From the NCBI GenBank assembly GCA_965285935.1, contig OZ260661.1, positions 71,796,001-71,860,000 on the forward strand: DNA of 64,000 nt, read 5' to 3'. The stretch comes from Ophelia neglecta. Taxonomy: Eukaryota. A program made the translations under genes and the position numbers. Of the stretch, positions 1 to 11,668 are shown one piece after another; the stretch's first letter is position 1, and each line of letters opens with the position of its first letter. Under the pieces are notes generated by a model, which saw only the letters and a program-made list of their open reading frames with translations, had not been told where the DNA came from and did no database searches.

Positions 1-144
1 TACTTTCAGTAATGGCACTAGGGAAGGGTAATGTTTTAATTCGGGTGCCATATAAATAAAAATTCATTGGCACTTTCTGTATATGTAGGATCTGCAATTG
101 TTTGATAATTATAGCATACTAATTTGCTATCGCTGTCTATCTAG

Positions 145-3100
145 GTGATATTACCCCATGGAACATTTATAAAGATTGCCACAAATGGTGACTTTCTAAA
201 CGTGTGGGTGACGCCTTCCCCCGTCGACTGGCAAAACACCGAAGGTCAAACGAACGAAATATTATCTAGACATCGTCGTTAAATTTAAATTTGATTAAAG
301 TTTTTGTTTAAATGACCTGTAAGTTATCATTCCAGAAAATAGTCCTATAATTCGTCCATTTTTACGGCAGGTCTCTGCGGATTCTTTAATGGGAATGATG
401 CTGATGATTTGACCATGAGAGATGGAACGATTTACACCGACAAGGGATCAGGCTATGGAGAACAGCCTAACGCTTTTCTGAAGGATTGGAGGCAATCTTA
501 ACATTCGTTTAGATATATAGCTTACATTGATAAAAATTGCCCAATGTACCATGCAGTTATAGCCTGTCTATACATGAAAAAAATTGTGTCAAAACCGCTA
601 TTGCGTCTAGGCCAAGGTCCTTCAGGGTCAGTGGGTTTGGCTAAAATGGTTATTTTGTTATTGACATATTGTATTGTGACATTAAGACTTTGTTGTTCTG
701 TAGATGTGAGGGAAACGAGCGGATTTACAAAGGCGTGGCTGCTAACCCGTACACACCCTCCCCTTACTGTGACTGTAGGACTAACGACACTGGAGGCAAT
801 GTCTGCGGTCCTTTTGGTCTGACCGAGCTGTGTGACTTCGATATCGGTATGCCACTAGATATCTATATGTGTCATTATTCAATAACTATTGATTTCAATC
901 ACTTTTAGTTCACACATAATTTTTTTTAAAGGAATGGGCTGGTTATCTCCCTCAGTCCTTCAGGTGCTAATCTACTCTTTTAAATATAGATTTTGGCATT
1001 TATAGACATAATAAAACAGTATAAGTGATACATTATCATAACCTATCTAAAATTAGTATATATTTGAATCTGTTAGGAGGAGTGATTGATAGCACTACAG
1101 TCCAGGCTATAGGGAGGAGTGGTGGTGGTCGGCGTCGGAGGCAGAACAGACAGTTGACCTCGCGTCGGCTGCTGCAAACTGACCCGGAAGACGACCTCGA
1201 TCTGGATGAAGACTGGGAGGCCCCGGTAAGCTTTTTATAATGAATTTAACTTATGAATGATCTCTTTGTTGTTTCGTTTTGTATTGAATCAAACTTATGA
1301 GAATAACTACATGCAATTGAAACACACAAAGTTAGTACATGTACTTAGATTCTGGTTACTGTCCATAGGTTAAAGAAAAACTGCGATGTGTTCTTTAACA
1401 TACGCATTTCATGGATATCCCGACTCATTCGTGGGTGATAACATAAATAAATGCACTAGGCTAGTAAATGTCATTCTTTTTTGTCATGAGGCAAAAATTA
1501 TAGTTTTTTCATTTAATAATCTCATATTTCTCTAGGAAATAGTCGACGGGATATATAACATATCAACAGCTAAGGCCAAATGCGAGGAACTGTTTCAAGA
1601 GGTCGACATACTTACCAAGTGTAATGCCATTGATGTTCCCAAAATGAACGATTTAGAAAGCTGCATTGATGATTTAAGAGTAAGGAGACTTTAACTTGCG
1701 ACGGATAATAATTCAATATATTAAATTTAGAATTGTTTCGAAAAAAACAAGCTTATATTATTATAAAGTAGGTAAAAAAAAGTTCAAAAGTTATGTCAAA
1801 TTTAAGAGGCCAGATCCCTCTCCCAGGACTTGCGGCTTTATGTATTATTTAACTTTTTCAAACTTTAGGTTATTGTTTGTAAAACGAAAATCTAAAACAT
1901 CATTGGTTATTCTATCGTGACCCGGTCACTCACTACGTTCCGTTGCTCATCATAAGGTCACTGGAAATATAGAATGGATTGATTCACAAATAGAATCCTT
2001 GAAAGATATCTGCATGACAACCATACAGAGAGAACCTCGGTACTCCGAAGACCCCGACGCCATAGCGCTAGCCGCCGGCATAGAGTCCATTAACTGTCCG
2101 AATGAATGCTCGCAAAATGGAGAGTGTATTGCTGGTGAGTTATCTCCATGTGTTTAATGGGAGCGTACCTCTCTCTGTGATATGGGATGCTCTATTTATG
2201 GACAGACTTGGGTATTCCAACAGCGAAAGTAACATATCTTACTTTAATTAGTGGGAGACGGTCGCTCGAGCATAATGAAACGTCACCAGGTAGAAAATGA
2301 TAGTGAACAATTCACATGGACACCACGAACAACACTTTCCAATCCAGTTAATGTTATTGGTATATATATAGGCCTAGGCCTAGGGTTTTCATGGTATTAT
2401 TGTGCGTTTAAGGTAAATGTGAATGTAGTGTGGCATTCACGGGAGATGACTGTAGTTTTAACATGAGCGCCGCCCTGGGGGACACTTTTATACCTAACAA
2501 TGGTTTGTGTGACACCGGAGAGCAGCGTTGTGAGATTGCGACGGTAGTCGGATTTGGATTCATTCCGGGTCAAACCAAGTGTTTTGTTCAAAAGGTTGAA
2601 GTAAGTAACATAAATTATATAGATGAATCGATAACATGTCAATGAATCGATAACATGTCTAATGCAGGGTGATAAGCGAATTGTTCGTACATATCTCTCT
2701 CGTTTACGTGTGAGAGAAATATACGTACAGAACTTTCAATTTTTCTGACGTGTGTTTACACTACTCATGGTCCCGGTAAGACAAGCAGGACCAATGACGT
2801 GTGTTTAATGTGACAATATAACCCTACGGCTAACTACGCGATGACGTAAATCCGACTATATTACCAGTGCCCCTGGGTTCGTGGACGGAAACATAATAAA
2901 ATCTAAAACTCTCTCATAGCGTATAAATTTATATAAATATGATTAAAAAAAATTGTATCAAAGTGCTTGCACGCCACACGTCGCGGCGTCCCCTGATCAT
3001 AATGCTTTTACACTTCTTTTAATAGAGGGTTTATAGTATTGTGTGACTGGTCCGTATACCCACGGGCATCAGGGTCAGTTTCTTTTGTTTTTTACCTTCT

Positions 3101-6100
3101 AATACGTATATGTCTATATATCGTAGTGGAAGGTTAAAAAACTGACTCCGGTGCCGGTGCGTGTGCCAATGCCCCCCCCCCCCCCCCCCCCCGCCAACCA
3201 GATAAAAAAAACGACTTGGTTGGTCCCATGAAGTCCACAAACCTATCTTGCGGACGGACATGTCAGAAAAATGTGAAACTCTAGCACTACGACTTTGGTC
3301 AGGGTAAGCGTGGCCTTGCGCCGTTCACCTGGTTCGCAGGGGCACGGGTAAGTCTCGAATCACCAAGCGATTAGGATTACCTCAAGAAACACTAACTGAA
3401 TCTATTTCACAAAATGTTTTGAAATGTAATACAAGAATTGTTTCTTTCATTATCTGATTGTTACACATGTCAACCTATTTCAAGTTTGATAAAACAATTA
3501 TTGTCATACGACAAAATGTTAATACACGTTTGGTATAGGAGAAAGACCAAAATGAGTTTCTTAACCCATGGCAAGTCAGGCTAAAATTATTATCATTGGA
3601 ATGTTAATCAGACCTCGGCTAATAGAATAAGCCTGTTTTCAATAATATTGTATGTGCCTTTCTATGGTAACCTCGAATGAAAACAATTTATTGAAAAAAA
3701 TAACCTTTCCCCCTCCCCCTCCTTGCTATGTATAGAGAATAAGGAGACGAGAGGCGACCAACAGAAGCAGATACACTCACTAAGAATGTGCGCGGCGATA
3801 GTTCAGGATTTTATGTCGATGAAAATGTGGATAGCTATATTGTAATCTATTTTTTGCCGAATTCTACCTTCAGTTTTGCTCGCTCGATTTATTTTAACTT
3901 GTATGAGCTGACGTTTTTAGGTTGACGAGACCGGTGTTACCCTGTTAGATCCGGAGATGACGGAGGTCCCCAGTGCGCTGATAACCCTCAACATGGTGTA
4001 TTGTACGTTGACGGAGGAGAGTCCACACTATATCAAGGTAGTAACACAAATTTACCTCCCTTCATGTATAGTGCAGATGTCGTTTTACTGTTTAACACAT
4101 AAATATCGTATCTTGGATAAACTCAACCCATTTTTATGGAGAACAGAAGACACTATCATGATTTTGATGATATCGCTGTTTTTCTCTACTAGCTGAGCAA
4201 CGATGGTTCCAGCTTCTCAAACCAGTCCCTGTATATACCTAAAGACCAAGTCTGCTGGAACTGTGACGCCATCGACGACCCTAGATGTATCAGAAATGTA
4301 ATGAGCTATGTTTCTTACTCACTAGTTATAATTTATAAAATGCTGCAAAAGGATCAGAACAGGAATGTATTTCTGTTTTAAGGTCACTGTAATAAAATTT
4401 ATTATAATTATAATTGTCAGCCTGACAGTTGCGTGACTGAGAATGGATGTTACGCCGACATGGAGGAGAGTCTTGATGACAGCTGTTATGTGTGTGACCC
4501 GTCAAAGGCTTCTGATGCATTAACATACGGTTTGTGTTCTCTTATTTTTGTTCCTGCTTCAAGCATTTCTCGCATTAAAAGATATGAACTTGGATTTGTA
4601 AATTTTGGCAATTAAATCTTTTATTTTACCCTCTCTAGTGTGTTCATCGTTGCCGTTAGTGGCCATTGTCGTGCCAGTTGTCGTAGTTGTTGTCGGAGTA
4701 TTGTTGGCTATTGTCATATACGTGATGGTGAAGAAGAACAGGTATGTTTACTTCTGTTTAAAGATGTTCGTGATTATACTTCCAAAAGTAAATACAATGC
4801 TCTGTTGCTATGAAGGGGTTTGGGTCCGGACGAGTTTCAAATCTAAATAATACGATGGACCAGTTGACAATTTTTAGCATCTATGCCTTTTTTTCTATAA
4901 AGATGAAAAAGGTGCATAAATGGATACAATACTAAATATATTCTCTCCACAATTTTCGATTTTTACATTAACACGAACCTTTCGGCCATATGTAGATACA
5001 TGAGAGTTCATAATTTGTACAATGAGTAATCTTTTAAATAAGATTGTGACTCCTCTACTATGTCTGGAATCGCTAAGAGCATGGATAGTTTTACCCTTTC
5101 ATCCGAAGTCAAAAATTTCCTTCATAGAAGAAGTGCAGAAAGTTACTTTCAAGCAAATAATGTCAACCTTTATATCATTCGACCACAAAAAGAACTTTCG
5201 TCTCTCTTCATGATTATTGAGACCTCTACAGTTAATAGTTATAACATCAATCTTACTTTCTATTTCAGACATTTAGATAAATATGTATTCTGGAAGTATA
5301 ATAATAATAGACATAGAACATAATGTCTATATTTAACAAAGCATATAAATAACTACTCATCACAAGAGTCTGATTCAGGGTCTCTTTGATTTTCATCATT
5401 CTCACCTCCATGAGTCTCAGCCTCTGATGTTTTGACAGTACTCTCCTGAGAGTACGTGGTTCACTGCTGCTTCCTGAATTTTCATTTTGCTTGTTTCCAG
5501 CCTTCTTAAATACCTTATCTTCATTTCGGATATTCTTGCGAAGATCTTGTAACATCTTTCCGAGCATGTTTTTCCTGACCAGAACTTTCTGTCAGTGTTG
5601 AATGTGTCTTGGTTATCCAGCACTGTGCTCCAAAAGAGCTCATTTTTTAAACAATGAGCCAGTGTCTTTTTGATGTCTTTTTTAAAGCATCACGGAATTC
5701 AGGGATCTGGTCTGATTTTGCCTGAAGGATAAGCTTCATCACATCGACCTTTTGATCTATCCAATTTGGGTCAAGCTTTTGAAATCTGGCTTGACTTTAG
5801 CAGAAGCTGGTGTTGTTGCTTCTAATACTTTGTTAGCCCCTTCTGCTTGTTCTCTCCTAATGGCTTTGCTATATTGATAAGCATGTTCTACTGATTTTGA
5901 AATTTGAGAGTGGATTTTGCCATACATAAACCAGTTCAATGTTAGTTTGTGATGATGATAGAGAAGCCTTGCATACTTGGTCACCTGGGTTATGTCCGGT
6001 CTCCCTACATCGTATACATGCTTGTTCCGGTGAACAGCGTGAGCGACAATGAGTTGTTTCAAAAAATTTAGAACATAGCATTGGTTTTTGATTGTCAGGT

Positions 6101-9100
6101 TGATCATTATGATAAATTCTAACTGGGGATTCTGAAGCAGTTATTTTCCTAGGTAATGGTGAAGGAAGCTTTTCTGCATAGCAGATCCTATCTCCATTGA
6201 ACCATGAAGATAACTCGTGTGTTACAGGATCCCGGGCTTCGCCATACTGTATAGTTCTAGTTAATTTGACACCTTTCTGTTCTAGATAACTTTGTAATGC
6301 AGAGTTTCCTATTGACAAAGGAAGGTCTTTGACAGTTATTTACACCACTTCGTGTTCAGGACCTTTAGCTCCTGTTCTCAAAGGGTTGTCGCTGTACAAG
6401 CTGACAATTTGACTTCCAATTTTTAGTTTATCTGTCAAGAGTTTGATTCTGCTCTCGACTGACTGGAGGATAAATTCTCCATATTTTACCAGTCCTTTGG
6501 CATCCAATGAGATCTGAGTTAATACAGTCAGCCACAGCCTTACAAACCGTGTAGTCTTTGACTGACACGGGATCAATGACTTCATCATGCCCAAAAAAAG
6601 ACACCTGGTACTCCACTTAATGGGCTTGACTCCATATTCAGAATGGTGACCTATCCCTGTACACAATCAACGAGAAATACAAGGGAAAGCAGCCGTACGT
6701 GTATGTACGTGTATGTACAAATATATACAAACAGCCAAACTTGTATATTGCACTCCTGCAGTTCCACTTGAATGAACACAGAAGCATTAACACAAAATTT
6801 GAAAAAAAAAGACGAAAATCCCCATCCGTGCTGTTAATAAAACATATCGTGTGTTCTATGAATATTCACAAACAAACTAATGGTAGTTATTTATACATCA
6901 TATATCCAAAAAATGGAAAAAATGGGCAAAATTCTGTGTGAAATGCAGAATTAATAACATTGTTTACTGCAAATAGGGTCTAATTAATTATATATTTAAT
7001 TCCTTTAATACTCACAGTAAAATATTTCTGTACACTATTAAATTTAAGCATATTGGAAATTTCCTCAAAACTCTTCATGAAAGGCTCGTTCAAGAGCATG
7101 ATCGAATGTTAAATTTATAATTATACATTATGTTATATGCTTTCTATCCATATGTGTAAAATACCTGTTTGATTCGATCAATCAATAAAAAAAAATTAAG
7201 ATGAAAAAAGTAATTATAATACTTAATTGTACAGAAAATATTAATTTATGACGTCAATGAAAACTTTAAATATGTATTTAAAGAAATGCAATTATGAGTT
7301 TTGGATGGAGAATTACTATCATATTGCCTCATGCCGAATTTAATTTGTAACTTTTCAAATTGTTTCTAGCACGTATTTAATAATAATGATGATTGCATTT
7401 TTCAAATCATTAGTGAACATTTGCAGTAACTTTGATCAAATGCAAGGTTTTTAGCCATTGAAAACCATACGCCTAAATGTTCAAATAACATTAAAATGGA
7501 TGTGTCTCTTTTGTCCGTCTTCTTCTCGTAGGTCAGCAGCGTGCACATCCGACATTGCAGACGCTATCAGCAATTAAGCTTATGATTTTAATAAGTTACC
7601 CGAAAAACATTAATCGCCATTACGAATGCCATCTTTATCATGACATTCGATCGGCCTTCCATCTGGCCTTTCACGTCGTCGCTTATTGTAGGCAGCTTGT
7701 GCCGCGGCGTACAGCAGCTAGCCTCCCCGGCTAACACAGGGCGCTAAAATGAAATAGTTCACCTCCGACCTTAGTCCTGCCATCTCAAACACAAGCATCT
7801 GTGTCTGCTTTTTATCCGTCTATTACGTATCTATACTAATAAAAAAACGAGGTGTAATACCTTTGTTATTGTATAGTAAAATCAGGTTTAGAGTCTGCAT
7901 CCTTAGCTTAGTTTCATAGCTCTAGGTCCATTTCTAATGTCATAGGGGTCGGCTATATATTAGAGCTATGGAGCGAGCCATCTTGTCGCTGCGGTGATTG
8001 CCGAACTATTTCCACCTACCGAAAAGGCGCTATTTTGCCGGCTACATAGAGGAGTCACAGGCTTACTGGAACAAATAAACAATCGATTCATCATGGTCGT
8101 TTCAGTGTAATAAATATATATCAGTATGTAAATAAACGTTTTTCACAGACTAAAAAACGCTGTCTTCAGGCTCAAATATGGCGTCTCGCGTTGATTCGCG
8201 AGATTTAATCATTGAGGAATTCCCATGTCAAAGTCAAAGAACATCAGCAGCAACAAAATGGACTGGACTACATGTCTCCAGTGTCATCAGCCCTTCAATA
8301 AAAAAAAAGTAAAAGGATGGTATCCAGTTTAGTAGCTGTCATGCACGGAAAATAGTCACATTCACGCAACAATCTTACTACAGAGTTGCCAAACATGAAA
8401 GGGTTATAAATAGAACCACGGAGGTCCCCCCTTGTATATGACGTCACAGAAATGGACTGTAACAAAGACGAGATTTGAAACGCGTGTCAAGTCGGTCCGG
8501 CGATATCGACTCGACAATTTGCAAAACGGCTGTGCGCTCGCTACCGGGACAAATTGAAAGATGCCGAAAACTGGCACAACTCGGATCGCGATCAAGGCAA
8601 TTTACAAACATTCGCTAGATGGCACTGTTTCATCATCACATTAGAAAAAGGCATGTGTGCATGAACATGTAAGTGATCGGAAAATACGTCAGACGTATTC
8701 GACACATATCGGGTTAGTCTGATTAAATTGCATTTTAAAACCGAAGATATCAAGGTATCACGGTAACGCCGTAAACATAATCAGGTAACGCGGGGAAGTA
8801 GTACGCCAAAGATGTTAGTAACGCGGGAGAACGTAGAACTTGGAATCCAGTCTTAAGCAGGAAGCGATTGGGTCATATGGACAATCATTGGCAACAGCAA
8901 ATACGAATTAGTCTGTGACCGTAAGCGGGAGTCGGCAATAATATACTACAGACAGTGACAGCTGATTTTCGTTTCTATTCATATGACTTGTTTCACCCTA
9001 AAGAGTGTTTTTCAATATGACCTTAACGTTAAATTTTGCTGTCTAAGCAATCTTTGTGGCGCAGCTCTTGTTCAGTGAGAGGGCCCATTCTATTGTGCTT

Positions 9101-9923
9101 CGTAAATATATATACTTCGTGTTGTTGTATATTGAACTTTTTTGATTTCAGAATTCCATTAAGAGGTGCTTAAAATAATTCAAACTTGTTGTTTGTTTCA
9201 TTTTTCCGTCCGAGTGTTGTTTTTATATTGCTTAATTCATCATAACATGCGTAATTCTGTTATATATAAATGGTCATGCCTCTTTATGAATCCATGTATA
9301 TAATAATTTTTTGTCTTTACAAAAAAATTACTCTGGCCTTTTATTCTCCTTAATTGCCTCGATATTCAAGGGAGGGGTAGGGGTCGATTTTCTACTTGAA
9401 AAAGCGGGGGTTTTTTGGACCGAAGAACCCACATACACCAATGTATTGGTTGTGAGCTTCAGCAGATCAGCTTACTTTATCTAAATCAACTTAATATGAG
9501 TTTTGCATTATATTCCCTTTCACAAGCTTTATCCTCGATTAAGATGAAATGAAATATTATACTTTTTAAAGGAAATCGAAAAGCTTTGACAACGAATCCA
9601 TGACAAGAGGGTCTTGGCAAGTGGATACGAGTCCCCAATATGAACCCGCGTTAGAGGACTCTGGCATAGAGAACAGCGGCCAGGACCCTTCCCAGGTCCA
9701 CCCCATTGATGGGCTGCATATTGAGGAGGAGGGCCTTGCCTCGGTCGAGGTAGACAACGAGAACCGCCCTGCCCTTCTCTTTTCTCCTGTCCATACGGAG
9801 CAGGGCGAAGATGACCTAGCTTCTACCGGCAAGGGGGAGATGGAAACTGGCGAGTACGCGGATGATAAGGAAAGTATGGACGATGATAACAGCCAAAGAA
9901 GCAGCAATTCCTCAAAACTGTAA
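145..9923 (+). CDS. VWD and EGF domain-containing (VWDE-like) single-pass membrane protein, paralogue A; 5'-partial (gene starts upstream of window)
   Basis: Hand-spliced exons with matching phases: 145-244, 371-491, 704-846, 1077-1225, 1536-1679, 1957-2134, 2413-2600, 3921-4037, 4193-4297, 4421-4529, 4639-4741, 9572-9923. Translation gives the end of a VWD domain (LNVWVTPSPVDWQNTEGLCGFFNGNDADD...AFLKDWR), a Cys-rich segment, an EGF-like repeat (CPNECSQNGECIAGKCECSVAFTGDDCS), an LSNDG-containing module, a TM helix (LPLVAIVVPVVVVVVGVLLAIVIYVMV-KK) and an acidic cytoplasmic tail ending SSKL*. All introns are GT-AG except 492-703 (GC-AG). Family assignment is from motif recognition, not a search. 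Confidence 0.88.
4911..5272 (-). pseudogene. L1 ORF2 apurinic-type endonuclease N-terminal fragment, truncated and with an internal stop
   Basis: Reverse-strand translation from ATG 5272: MSEIESKIDVITINCRGLNNHEERRKFFLWSNDIKVDIICLKVTF...FG*KGKTIHALSDSRHSRGVTILF...GRKVRVNV...FSIVSIYAP. This contains the L1-EN motifs xNCRGL, DIICLQET-like, SRGVxIL and IYAP. It is absent from the ORF track because of the TGA, which probably replaced a Trp codon. Confidence 0.88.
5353..6635 (-). pseudogene. L1/Tx1-like ORF1 remnant: RRM-like region, two CCHC-type zinc knuckles and a C-terminal NADAR (YbiA-like) domain; several frameshifts
   Basis: Joining frames gives MESSPLSGVPGVFF/GHDEVIDP...GCQRTGKIWRIY/...ESRIKLL...VSLYSDNP.../ITVKDLPLSIGNSALQSYL...WFNGDRICY...LPR...VRIYHNDQ, then knuckles CSKFFETTHCRSRC and CIRCRETGHNPGDQVC. 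These are followed by NPLSNF/KSVEHAYQYSKA...KVLEATTPASAK/..NWIDQKVDVMKLILQAKSDQIPEFRDALKKT/..LFWSTVLD..DTFNTDRKFWSGK/MLGKMLQDLR, which follows the NADAR motif order. Confidence 0.82.
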
Positions 9924-9940
9924 TCATTCCCTGGGCAATG

Positions 9941-9946
9941 AATAAA
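9941..9946 (+). promoter_or_regulatory. candidate polyadenylation signal (AATAAA) of VWDE-like paralogue A
   Basis: AATAAA 17 nt after the stop codon at 9923. More distal sites are also possible. Confidence 0.35.
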
Positions 9947-10377
9947 GCCAACGTGTAAATAACGTTCGTTGGTTGGACTTTAGTAAAGATATCTGCAGAC
10001 AAGTACTGTCCTTTAATTCCTCATCAAATGTCCTTTTTTAAAGAATGACGTGCGTTTTTTTACTCTTTTATTTTGTAGATGTCAGGTAGGCCTATTTAAT
10101 TAACACTTCTCCTTTTCCCCTATTAGTTAGCATGTAATATATTTGTACATAAATAACAGTATACTTCTGTAATTCGATATAAATATAGTATTGTTCTGCT
10201 ATATTAATTTGAGCACACGATGTTGAGGGACACCTACAAATGGGCAGTATGACTTTCGCCCTGTGCGATTTTATTTAAGCTTAGTTTTAGGAATAAATTA
10301 ACAGGGGTATTGTTAGAACTTCAGAAACTTCTTTGACCGACCCTTTGATTAAAACTTGTTTTAATCGCCACAGAAAC

Positions 10378-10442
10378 TTTGACAATACCATTCACATGTT
10401 TGTTTATGTTTGACAATACCATTCACATGTTTGTTTATGTTT
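10378..10442. repeat. 31-bp tandem duplication
   Basis: TTTGACAATACCATTCACATGTTTGTTTATG occurs twice in succession. Confidence 0.85.
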
Positions 10443-11146
10443 AATACATATGAAAGCAATGCAATTGGCAAGCTATAATTTATTATTCTCTTATGAATAT
10501 ATATGTTTATAAAAAAATTATGTATTGAAAGTCTTGTATAAAAGATAAAGCCATGTGAATTTGTACAGATTTGGTTTATTTCGGAGCCCAGAAATACACT
10601 CATGGAATCGATGGTTTCGGGACTGATTCTTACAGAGGTTAAATGCCAAATTGGTGAATTTTGTATCGAAATATCTTCTTCTTTTCTTCGAAAATGGATC
10701 CTTATCCTACAACAATTTGCAAAATCACGTCAAACGTTAACAACAACTTTTATTATGTTATTATACAAAAAGAACTGTATAATTGCTGTATATTCTGAGT
10801 AAGTTAACACGTTTGTCTATATATGTATATGATACTATTTAGGAATTAAACCAATGTGACGTTCCATCCTGTTTATAGCATAGAGGATTATTGTCATCCT
10901 CGCTAAATCTTGATGTATTGCATACTTGCAGTAGTTGTAATTATAAAAGATATCTGTGATAAGAGAAGCACATTGTATAGTTTTGTGCACAACATTGGCA
11001 GTCTGATAAGCTGTATAGTCATGTCAACAATATGACACGGGCAGACGATATCTAGGTTTTACTAAACTTCCACATGAAACATGCAATGGTCACTGCTCAC
11101 GCTACTCAATTCACAAAATTAAAGTCTGTTTGAAAGCGCAACAGGC

Positions 11147-11152
11147 TTTATT
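11147..11152 (-). promoter_or_regulatory. candidate polyadenylation signal of the Ig gene
   Basis: TTTATT on + (AATAAA on -) about 520 nt downstream of the stop at 11669. Confidence 0.4.
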
Positions 11153-11668
11153 TAAAACTCTTTAAAACTTTAATATGCCTCTTGCCATGCTTCTGGAGAG
11201 CATTAAAACCTCCACCACTATTTGTCAACGACTATTCATTATAATAACAGTATTAGTTACCGTACGAACTACATATTTTACACTGTACAGTGGATAAATA
11301 GTCACTAATTCAGATAACATGTATAAATAGATTTACATCAAGAACAGTCAACACTTTATATAATACATCAACCATGTCACTATTACGTCCTCAAAATGTT
11401 CAAATTCTATATAGGTAAGTATATTTGGTGCTTCTAAATCGCTGAATGCTAAACGACACAGTTGATCATGCCAATAACTCAATGAAAACGTTTATAAATG
11501 TACAATGCCATTATTATTTCCACAACTAGTTCTATCACAGCTTCTTTCCCATCGTCCTTCGAGTATATGATCCACGCCAAACTATCCCTCAAATGTGTAT
11601 CACTAGTTAAGTAGAATTATTTACATGATTAAACAACCATCGAGGTCATATTAGAGCGCTGTATTGTC

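Larger units (their letters stand above)
4911..7195 (-). mobile_element. Degenerate L1/Tx1-type non-LTR retrotransposon insertion: 5'UTR, ORF1 and start of ORF2 on the - strand, plus a short A-tailed 3' end on the + strand
   Basis: The - strand carries a frameshifted ORF1 (6635-5353) and an ORF2 start at 5272 encoding an APE-endonuclease N-terminus. The + strand has AATAAA plus A9 at 7184-7195. The element is flanked by the direct repeat AAGATGAAAAA at 4900-4910 and 7198-7208. It lies in intron 4742-9571 of gene A. Confidence 0.85.

Noticed and set aside
5022-5323. + strand ORFs of 63 and 87 aa
   Set aside because: They are antisense shadows of the L1 ORF2 endonuclease fragment.
9566-9907. 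- strand 113-aa ORF with a signal-peptide-like start
   Set aside because: It is antisense to the terminal coding exon of VWDE-like A, and the hydrophobic start mirrors that exon's acidic codons.
9912-9923. C-terminal SKL as a peroxisomal targeting signal
   Set aside because: The protein is a type-I membrane protein with a Cys-rich ectodomain, so PTS1 import is implausible.
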